Assembly (NCBI GenBank): GCA_902826835.1
Contig: CADEGH010000026.1
Coordinates: 4,868 to 68,867, forward strand
Reading direction: 5' to 3'
DNA: 64,000 bases
Origin: an uncultured bacterium
GTDB taxonomy: Bacteria > Planctomycetota > GCA-002687715
Position numbers and translations under genes: made by a program. This document shows, piece after piece, positions 56,917 to 64,000 of the stretch (positions are counted from its first letter, which is position 1; the number at the start of each line of letters is the position of its first letter). The notes below the pieces were generated by a model that saw nothing but the letters and a program-made list of their open reading frames with translations, was not told where the DNA came from and did not search any database.

Positions 56917-57494
56917 GCGGGAGACGCGCCGGGATCTGCAAGCGCGGCGCGCAGCCACGCCCGCGCCATAGCCCAGTCGTTCCTCACCGTGCGCTCGGAA
57001 ACTCCGAGCACTTCGGCGATGGCCGGCTCGGCAAGCCCGCCGAAGAATCGCAACTCGACGATGTGGGCCGCCCGAGGATCGAGAGCCGCGAAACGGCTCA
57101 GGGCATCCTGCAGGGCCTCGGCGTCGATTTCGTGGGATCGACCCTTTTCTAGCGCGATGCCAGCTAGGGTCACCCTCTCCCACCCGCCTCCCCGCTTCTC
57201 ACGGTGCCGGGCTCGCAGATGATCGGCGACGACGTGTTTCATGGCCACGGCGGCGGCGGCTTTGAAATGGCTCTCGCTCCAAACGTCGGACGACCCGGTT
57301 CCCGCAAGCCGCAGCCAAGCCGCGTGCACGACCGCGGTTGCATGCAAGGACGGCGACTTTCGCGTGAGGAGGACACGCCCAGCGAGGTCTTTGAGCTCGC
57401 CGTAGATCGACTCGGAGAGACGGTGATCCGAAGTCGGCTCGCGAGGCGAGCTCGGTCCCTCTGGCCCGACTCCTCCCTGGTCACCGCCACTCAC
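56907..57494 (-). CDS. ECF sigma factor of the Ser/Thr-kinase-associated type.
   Basis: Region 2-like (LHATAVVHAAWLRLAG) and region 4 (LDPRAAHIVELRFFGGLAEPAIAEVLGVSERTVRNDWAMARAWL) motifs are present. The start is GTG at 57494, overlapping the stop of the upstream kinase gene (GTGA). Confidence 0.8.
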   Translation of the reverse strand: MSGGDQGGVGPEGPSSPREPTSDHRLSESIYGELKDLAGRVLLTRKSPSLHATAVVHAAWLRLAGTGSSDVWSESHFKAAAAVAMKHVVADHLRARHREKRGGGWERVTLAGIALEKGRSHEIDAEALQDALSRFAALDPRAAHIVELRFFGGLAEPAIAEVLGVSERTVRNDWAMARAWLRAALADPGASPAQS

Positions 57495-60214
57495 GGGATT
57501 TCCTTCTTCGCCGCTTCGAAACGCTTGCGCAGCGGTTCCAGTTCCTCACTCCGCTCGAGGGAACGCAGGGTCGCCGCGTAGCCCTGATACGCCCGCTCGA
57601 ATCCGCTTTGATTACGCCGCGCGAGCCCCGCGAACGCACGGTCGAAGGCGTCGGCGGCCTCCTCGAGTCGATCCAGCGTGCGAAGAAACTCCGCCAGATA
57701 AAGCTGCGCCTCCGCCGCGGGCACAGAATCCTTGCCGTGAACCGCCTCCTTGATGGCGGCGCCGCGCAGCGCGTGGGTGAGTGCCTCGCCGCCGCGTCCG
57801 AGCTTCGCGAGGGTGAACGCCACCTCGAAGTGATGGTCCGCGACGAGGTCGTGCCCCTCCCCGAGCTTGCCTTCCGCGAGAGCGAGGCACTCCGTGCTGA
57901 TCGTGAGCGCACGCTCGACCGCGCCGGCCTCCCGCAGGAAGCGCACGATATTCAGGCGGGCTTTGAGGAATTCCGGATGGTCGGGAGCACCCGAGCGTTG
58001 GAGGGCGGCGTCAGCATCTTCCATGAGTGGCCTGGCCTCCGCCGCCCGGCCTTGCTGAGCGAGGCATGCCGCGAGATTGAACATCCGCCGCAGTCTGCGA
58101 GGGTGCGCCTCGGGAAAGGACTGGGTGTCGATCGCCAAGGCCCGGCGGAACAAACGCTCCGCCTCGTCGAAGCGCCCGCCGTACATGGACGCTACCGCGA
58201 GGCTGTTCAGCGCGTCTACGAGGTCAGGATCGTCCGGAGGAAGGCTGGATTCCCGGAGCGCGAGAGCTTCGGTGAGGAGAGCTTCGGCGGAGGGTTCGCG
58301 GCGTTCGAGGAAGATCGCGCCGAGCGTGCTCAGGCAGCGAGAGAGCTGGTCGCGCGGTGTGGGTTCCAAAGTCCGCAGGTGGCTAAGAGCATCTTGAAGC
58401 TCGCGCGCGGCCTCGTCGATGCGCCCGTTGGCGTTGAGGACGATGCCGAGGTCGACCAGGAACGCGAGCCGACGCGGATCGGCGGCCGGAACCTCCGCGG
58501 AGATCAGCAAGAGGGCTTCGGTCGCGGGTTCGAGGGCCTCCGCTGGTTTGCCGGCGCTCATTGCAACCTTTGCGATGGCGGCGAGGGCGTTAGCGCGGGT
58601 GGTCGCATCGGCAGTGCCAAAGGCATCGACGCTTTGGAGGGCGCGATCGACGAGGGCGCGGCCCTCCGCGAACAGCGCGAGCTGGCCGTAGGCTCGACCC
58701 ATCACCAAAAGGAGACGTGCACGTACTCTCGGATCCAGGAAGTCCTGCGCATCGATGCGCTGGACTCCGCGGTCGAGTAGGGTGCGCGCCGTGATCGTCT
58801 CGCCGCGGGAACTCTCGGGGGTGGCGGCTTCAAAAATGCCGGTCATGAACTCGAGCGTGTCGGCGGCGACCCGCGCTTCGGTGGCAGCGCGCCGGGTCTC
58901 TTCCTTCGCGCGTCGTGCCTCTTCGTCGGCGCGCTGACGTTCGACGTCCGCCTTCCACGCGAGAATCGAGGTGGCTACGGTGCCGCCGACGAGCAGAACG
59001 ACCGACAGCGCCAGGCCTGCCGTCAGTCCGCGATGGCGCCGTACGAAACGCGACAGCAGATAGAGGCGGTGCGGAGGGCGGGCGTGGATCGGATCGTGCC
59101 GCAAGAAACGACGCAGTTCGGCCGCGAACTCCGCCGCGGAGCCGTAGCGTGCGGCGGGCTCGCGCGCGAGAGCTTTGGCGAGGATCGTCTCGACATCGCC
59201 CCGGAGTTCCGGACGGAAGCGGCTCAAGGGCAGTGGCTCCGCTTCGGCGATGATCCGCAGCGCCGCGGGGAGCGATTCTCCGGAGACGGGATGGGGCAGC
59301 TCGCAGCAAAGCAACTCGAAGGTGACGACGCCGAGGGCGTAGACGTCGGTCCACGGGCCGATTTTCGTCGATTGACCGCGAGCCTGTTCCGGGCTCATGG
59401 TGGCGACGGTGCCCAAGAGCTCGCTGCCCAGGGTGGCAGACTCGGGGGCCCCGTCCGCGGCGAAGCGGGCCACGCCGAAATCGAGGATCTTCGGCTCGAG
59501 AGACTCCCCGACGAGGATGTTCCCGGGTTTCAAATCGCGGTGGATCACGCCCTGGCGATGGGCGTGGTCGACCGCATCCGCGACTTTGGCCATGAGCTCG
59601 AGGCGGGCTTCCAAACCGAGTTGCCGGGACGCCGCCGCCTCGGTCAAGGTCTTGCCCCGCACGAGTTCCATGGAGAAGTAAGGGAGGCCGCTGCCGTCTG
59701 GCCCCGTCGTTCCCGACTCGAAGATGCGCGCAATACCTGGGTGGTCGAGCCGCGCCAGCACTTCCGACTCCAACTCGAAACGCCGCAACACCGTCTTGGT
59801 GATCAGCTCCGGCCGAATGACTTTGAGCGCAACCCGCCTCGACGGTCGCTCCTGTTCCGCCTCATACACGATTCCCATCCCGCCCGACCCGAGCACCCCC
59901 ACGATGCGATAGCAGCCAATACGCTCCGGAACCTGCCCGCCTGTACCCATACCCCTCCAACCGATCGCCTCCGGTTTTCCAGGCCCGGCCTCTCCCTCCC
60001 AAGGCGCCCCCTCCCTCGCTGCGACCTCCCCAAGGCCGATCCTTTCCCTTTCAATCTCCTGCTCTCCATCCGCTGCCAAGAGCCGCTCCAGCTCCGCCGC
60101 CAGCCCCGGATCCTCCGCCCGGGTCCCCGCGACCAACTCCGATCGCTCAGGCTCGCGCAGGTCGCGGCCCTTCAAAAAAAGCTCCTTCAGCGTCTCGTAC
60201 CGTCGCGGGTCCAT
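57491..60214 (-). CDS. Ser/Thr protein kinase with one TM helix and a C-terminal TPR-repeat region.
   Basis: Kinase motifs are present: GSGGMGIVYEA, VALKVI, HRDLKPGNILV, DFGVARF, and MSPEQARG...DVYALGVVTFELL. A TM segment (LTAGLALSVVLLVGGTVATSILAW) follows, then about 450 aa of TPR-like helices. Confidence 0.85.
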   Translation of the reverse strand: MDPRRYETLKELFLKGRDLREPERSELVAGTRAEDPGLAAELERLLAADGEQEIERERIGLGEVAAREGAPWEGEAGPGKPEAIGWRGMGTGGQVPERIGCYRIVGVLGSGGMGIVYEAEQERPSRRVALKVIRPELITKTVLRRFELESEVLARLDHPGIARIFESGTTGPDGSGLPYFSMELVRGKTLTEAAASRQLGLEARLELMAKVADAVDHAHRQGVIHRDLKPGNILVGESLEPKILDFGVARFAADGAPESATLGSELLGTVATMSPEQARGQSTKIGPWTDVYALGVVTFELLCCELPHPVSGESLPAALRIIAEAEPLPLSRFRPELRGDVETILAKALAREPAARYGSAAEFAAELRRFLRHDPIHARPPHRLYLLSRFVRRHRGLTAGLALSVVLLVGGTVATSILAWKADVERQRADEEARRAKEETRRAATEARVAADTLEFMTGIFEAATPESSRGETITARTLLDRGVQRIDAQDFLDPRVRARLLLVMGRAYGQLALFAEGRALVDRALQSVDAFGTADATTRANALAAIAKVAMSAGKPAEALEPATEALLLISAEVPAADPRRLAFLVDLGIVLNANGRIDEAARELQDALSHLRTLEPTPRDQLSRCLSTLGAIFLERREPSAEALLTEALALRESSLPPDDPDLVDALNSLAVASMYGGRFDEAERLFRRALAIDTQSFPEAHPRRLRRMFNLAACLAQQGRAAEARPLMEDADAALQRSGAPDHPEFLKARLNIVRFLREAGAVERALTISTECLALAEGKLGEGHDLVADHHFEVAFTLAKLGRGGEALTHALRGAAIKEAVHGKDSVPAAEAQLYLAEFLRTLDRLEEAADAFDRAFAGLARRNQSGFERAYQGYAATLRSLERSEELEPLRKRFEAAKKEIP

Positions 60215-60913
60215 GGGATTCCCGTTGTCACCTCGGTCTCAAGGTCCCTGGACCCGAGTCTCGCAGGATCAGAGGATCGTAGCCCATCCCCGAAGTAGAG
60301 GCAGTCGTGCGCTCCAAGCCTCTGGAGTGAGTTTGACCGTGTGTCTTGTGTCCCGCTCCCTGAGCGGGGTGGCGTCGCGATCATTGGCCGGGATGTCTCA
60401 CGGTGGTGGAGGGAGTCGGTGGATGGAAAGCGAGTGCGAAGAGCCCAGTCCGCAATGACATCGACACGGGCAACGGGGGTCAGGGGACCTCCGAGATCAG
60501 AAGCTCGCCGAAGCTGCCGTGATCTACAACCCTCTGGCGGGGTGGGATGGCCCCGACGTCAGAGCCTTAGGAGTCGAGAACGGCTTCGTGGACGAGGAAA
60601 CCGCGGTCGCAGATGAGAGCGAAGAGGTGGCGCCAGTGGCGCACTTCGATGGGGAGGTCGACATGGACAGGGTCATCGTCGTGTTGCGCTCCGTTCGAGG
60701 CGGAGAACTGTCGTGGGTGTACGCTGAGAGCAGATAGATGGGCCAGGCGGAGATCCCTGTCTTCAAAGCGTTAGCACCCCGATCGCAGAGGGCTCGCGAT
60801 GAAGGAATCACGATTCTCACTCGGCGTTCGACTCGCCATAATATGTTGAATGGCAATAGTTTATGGATTTTTCTGATGGCCACTCACGCATCTGAGTAAA
60901 ATTACTAAGACGC

Positions 60914-62128
60914 ATGAGTAAAACGCACCCCTCCTCGTTTCGGCGACCGCACTTCCGGGTGCTGAGTGACCGCCTCGCTGAACCCCGGCGACTGATTCAG
61001 TTCGTCGCCGGACCTCGTCAAGCCGGGAAGACCACCTTGGTGCAGCAGGTCATGGACGGGATGGAGACGCCCTGCCTCTACGCTTCGGCGGACGAGCCGG
61101 CGGTTCACCCCACCCCCTGGCTCTCGGTCCAGTGGGAAAAAGCTCGAGCAATGGCCGCCAACTCCGGCCGCGTTGGCGCTGTCTTGGCCATAGACGAAGT
61201 CCAAAAGGTGAGCGGGTGGTCCGAGACCGTGAAACGGCTCTGGGATGAGGACACCAAGAATGACCGTCCCGTGCGCGTGGTCCTCCTTGGGTCGGCTCCG
61301 CTGCTCGTGCGACGGGGACTTACGGAAAGTCTCGCCGGGCGGTTCGAAACGATCCACCTCGGGCACTGGTCGTTCGTCGAGATGCGAGACGCCTTCGGCT
61401 GGGATCTCGAGACATACCTCTACTTCGGCGGCTATCCCGGAGCAGCCCACCTTATCGAAGATCCGGCAAGGTGGCGCAGCTTCGTCGTGAACGCGATGAT
61501 CGAGACCACGATCGCGCGGGACATGTTGCTGATGTCCCGGATCGAAAAGCCCGCTCTGCTGCGCCGCCTGTTCGATCTGGGCTGCCGCTACTCCGGACAG
61601 GTCCTGTCTTACACCAAGATGCTCGGGCAGCTCCAGGATGCGGGGAACACCGTCACCTTGGCGCACTATCTGGATCTGCTCGCCGACGCTGGCATGCTCA
61701 CGGGTTTGCAGAAATACGCTGGCCAGGCCGTGCGCCAGCGGGGCTCAAGCCCCAAGCTGCAGGTTTTGAATACCGCGCTCATGACCGCGCAATCGGCACT
61801 CTCGCCGCGGGAGGTACGCGCCGACGGCGAGTTTCGCGGTCGGCTGGTCGAGTCCGCCGTGGGCGCGCACCTGGCCAATGCGGCCGCCGGCGGAGTCTGC
61901 CAGCTCACCTACTGGCGCGAGCGCAACCGCGAGGTGGACTTCGTGCTCCGGGCCGGCCAGGTCGTGGTTGCAATCGAAGTGAAGAGCGGCCGCGCGCCGG
62001 TCGCCTTTCCCGGCTTGGACGACTTCGCGGCGGCCTTCAAGCCCAAGCGCACCTTGATCGTGGGCGGGGACGGGATCGCACTGCAAGACTTCCTCAGCAG
62101 GCCGGTGGAGCACTGGCTGAAGGGGTGA
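60914..62128 (+). CDS. AAA-family ATPase with a DUF4143 C-terminal domain.
   Basis: Walker A is FVAGPRQAGKTTL and Walker B is LAIDEVQKV. The C-terminal motif CQLTYWRERNREVDFVL...IEVKSG is typical of DUF4143 restriction-endonuclease-like tails. GC is lower than the surroundings, and an AT-rich stretch lies upstream. Confidence 0.75.
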   Translation: MSKTHPSSFRRPHFRVLSDRLAEPRRLIQFVAGPRQAGKTTLVQQVMDGMETPCLYASADEPAVHPTPWLSVQWEKARAMAANSGRVGAVLAIDEVQKVSGWSETVKRLWDEDTKNDRPVRVVLLGSAPLLVRRGLTESLAGRFETIHLGHWSFVEMRDAFGWDLETYLYFGGYPGAAHLIEDPARWRSFVVNAMIETTIARDMLLMSRIEKPALLRRLFDLGCRYSGQVLSYTKMLGQLQDAGNTVTLAHYLDLLADAGMLTGLQKYAGQAVRQRGSSPKLQVLNTALMTAQSALSPREVRADGEFRGRLVESAVGAHLANAAAGGVCQLTYWRERNREVDFVLRAGQVVVAIEVKSGRAPVAFPGLDDFAAAFKPKRTLIVGGDGIALQDFLSRPVEHWLKG

Positions 62129-62808
62129 GCGTCGTGTCGTCTCCCACTCCCGAAGCGGCGTCGCTCAATTTGCGTGAGACACGACACCGCGACCGCGCCT
62201 CTGCCGCTACCCCTCATTCCGAACGCGGATGGATTGGTCTTCTATGGCCAGTGGGGTGTACTGGATCCCTTGGGATCGTACAGCGCGCTTGGCCCCTACA
62301 TCTCACTCTCGGACGCGCACCAAGTTGTGCTTTATTACTGAGGCCGCACCGACGAGGGGTGGCTTTGTTGGGTATCGAGATTGGGCTTCGGGTCCCTTCG
62401 GTGAGTCTGCACTGTGTGCTCGTCTTTTGGTTGATCCCTGGTTGGGCCTCGGCTCATCACCGGCGCTCGCGATTTTCGGTGTGTGCTCTTTCGAATCCGG
62501 CTCGGTGATGCGCTGATGAGCCGGGACGTGTTGGGAAGAGGAACGGTTCCAGGAGGCATTGCGGCCAAGAGCTCTACGGCGTTCACTGAAGGGGGTTGGT
62601 CAGGGTGGCTTCGATGTCGGTGAGCGGGGCGCAGAGGCATGTGGTACGCCGGGATTGAGGAGAGCTCGGATGAGAATTCTTGCGGGCTTCACTGGTACGA
62701 TCGGGAGCCGCGGACCGGCGGGGATGGGCTCGGCGGGGTGGCGGGTGGTTTCTTTGGGATGGGGGTGAAGCGGTGTTCGGGACAAAGGGTGCCAGGGGGT
62801 TCGTGGCG

Positions 62809-64000
62809 ATGGTCGGGCTCTGGGCGGCGATGGGGTGGCAGGCGCTGGCTCGGCCTCAGGTCGTGCCGACGGGGTTTACGCTTGAGACGGTGGGGCCGGG
62901 GTTGGCTCGGCCGATTGCGCTGACCGTGCTGCCCGATGAACGAGTGCTGGTGGGAGAGCAGGCCCCAGGGAACATCAAGGTGTGGGTTGAAGGGCAGGGC
63001 ACCGCGCTCATCGGGACAGTTCCGGATCTCGCGGTGTCGTACAGCCAGGGCCTGCTTGCGATCGCGATCGATCCGGCCTTTCCCACCCGCCCCTACCTCT
63101 ACACCTGGTTCAACCACCTGCCGACCTCGACCCAGCGGGTCGTGCGCTGGGAGATCCAAGGCGCCCTGACCAATCCTCTGAGCACGGCCCTGACCTTGGG
63201 ATCGCCTTACTTGGTCTTGAGCGACATCCCCGACCAAAACTCGCTTCACAACGGAGGCAGCCTGCGGTTCCTTTCGGATGGCACGCTACTCGTGAGCCTC
63301 GGCGACGACGCGTCCTGCTGTCAGTCCCAGGCGCTGAGCACTCCTCACGGGAAGCTCCTGCGTTTGGAGGTGAACGCACTCCCGAGCGGTGCCGGCGGAC
63401 CTCCGCCCCGTTCCACGCTGGTTCCGCTCGGTCACCCGTTCAGTGGGCCCGGTGATTGGGAAGCCCTGATCCACGCGACCGGACTCCGCAATCCGTTTCG
63501 CATCCAAGTCGATCCTCTGAGCGCGGACATTCTCATCGCGGATGTCGGCGAGATCTGGAAGGAGGAGATCAACCTGGCCCGTGGCGGCGAGAACTTCGGC
63601 TGGCCGCACTTCGAAGGGTCCACTCCGACGCCGGGACCGATCGGGACCTCCGGCGGAATCTCGGCTTCGAGCTGCGGCGTGGCGCCGAGCAATCCGACCG
63701 CGCCCCTGGTCGAAATCCCAATCACGTCCACGGCCTCGACCATCGCGCTCGGGGTCTTCCGCCACCAACCCGGTCAGACCCGCGGGTTTGGCTCCGCCTA
63801 CGACGGGTCGTTCTTTTACGTCGACCACTTCGCGGGTCAGGTTCGCCGCCTCGTGCGATCCGGGTCGACCTGGATTCCCGCGACGCCAGTTCCGGGTCAG
63901 CCCACCTCGTCGGCTTGGGCCACCGGAATCACGCGCGCGACGGATGGGAGCTTCGGGCCTAGCGGCGCGCTGTACTGGATCCACTCCCCATCCTCCGGCG
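62809..64000 (+). CDS. PQQ-dependent sugar dehydrogenase (glucose/sorbosone dehydrogenase family, beta-propeller), 3'-partial.
   Basis: This gene is not in the ORF track because there is no stop codon before the window end. The frame was read by hand. A signal-like N-terminus (MVGLWAAMGWQALARPQVVP) is followed by GSDH motifs (PIALTVLPDERVLVGEQ, LHNGGSLRFLSDGTLLVSLGD, HGKLLRLEV, GLRNPFRIQVDP, ADVGEIWKEEINLARGGENFGWPHFEG). Confidence 0.7.
   Translation, partial: MVGLWAAMGWQALARPQVVPTGFTLETVGPGLARPIALTVLPDERVLVGEQAPGNIKVWVEGQGTALIGTVPDLAVSYSQGLLAIAIDPAFPTRPYLYTWFNHLPTSTQRVVRWEIQGALTNPLSTALTLGSPYLVLSDIPDQNSLHNGGSLRFLSDGTLLVSLGDDASCCQSQALSTPHGKLLRLEVNALPSGAGGPPPRSTLVPLGHPFSGPGDWEALIHATGLRNPFRIQVDPLSADILIADVGEIWKEEINLARGGENFGWPHFEGSTPTPGPIGTSGGISASSCGVAPSNPTAPLVEIPITSTASTIALGVFRHQPGQTRGFGSAYDGSFFYVDHFAGQVRRLVRSGSTWIPATPVPGQPTSSAWATGITRATDGSFGPSGALYWIHSPSSG

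Noticed and set aside
60519-60737. 72-aa plus-strand ORF in the lower-GC spacer upstream of the AAA ATPase
   Set aside because: It is acidic with no motif and no ribosome-binding site. It may be a gene remnant and is mentioned only as part of the non-coding patch finding.
62500-62560. CUGAUGAG hammerhead-like motif
   Set aside because: No matching GAAAC core or three-stem arrangement is present. It is probably chance within a hairpin-rich spacer.
1-64000. Search for CRISPR arrays, IS elements, integrases and rRNA or tRNA genes
   Set aside because: No short direct repeat-spacer arrays, no transposase or integrase-like ORFs, and no tRNA or rRNA signatures were found. Apparent mobility signals are limited to compositional (low-GC) patches.

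Overview
This is a high-GC window (about two-thirds G+C by eye) from a bacterial chromosome with densely packed genes on both strands. The gene content (several very large secreted FG-GAP, beta-propeller and RCC1 repeat proteins, membrane Ser/Thr kinases, ECF sigma factors, GT4 glycosyltransferases) resembles Planctomycetota, Myxococcota or Gemmatimonadota genomes. No rRNA, tRNA, CRISPR array, transposase or integrase was found.

The most notable region is a tightly coupled five-gene plus-strand cassette at 18889..25598: an unknown protein, two paralogous P-loop NTPases that look BrxD/DUF2791-like, a BrxHI/Lhr-like DEAD/DEAH-box helicase, and a membrane-anchored alpha/beta hydrolase. The architecture looks defence-related, but the core BREX genes are absent, so this is a candidate for an undescribed NTPase-helicase system.

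Other notable features:
- A 1754-aa membrane Ser/Thr kinase with tandem kinase domains (the first cut by the window start) and a C-terminal FGE-sulfatase domain.
- A YCII-related (DGPF) protein gene overlapping an ECF sigma factor with a long C-terminal extension, probably ECF42-like.
- A second Ser/Thr kinase with TPR repeats overlapping its own ECF sigma factor.
- A NarL-type two-component system followed by a nested palindrome.
- A glycosyltransferase cluster with four paralogous GT4 domains, each carrying a four-cysteine insertion; two of the domains sit in one 1219-aa coiled-coil protein.
- A 1605-aa secreted trypsin-like protease with five tandem Ig-like repeats.
- A lamin-tail-domain protein operon.
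- Two lower-GC patches: an AlbA_2/HATPase_c_4 gene, and a DUF4143 AAA ATPase flanked by long non-coding stretches.

Coordinates come from the supplied ORF track, with start codons refined by reading signal peptides, ribosome-binding sites and overlap junctions. All family assignments are from motif reading only; no HMM or BLAST search was run.
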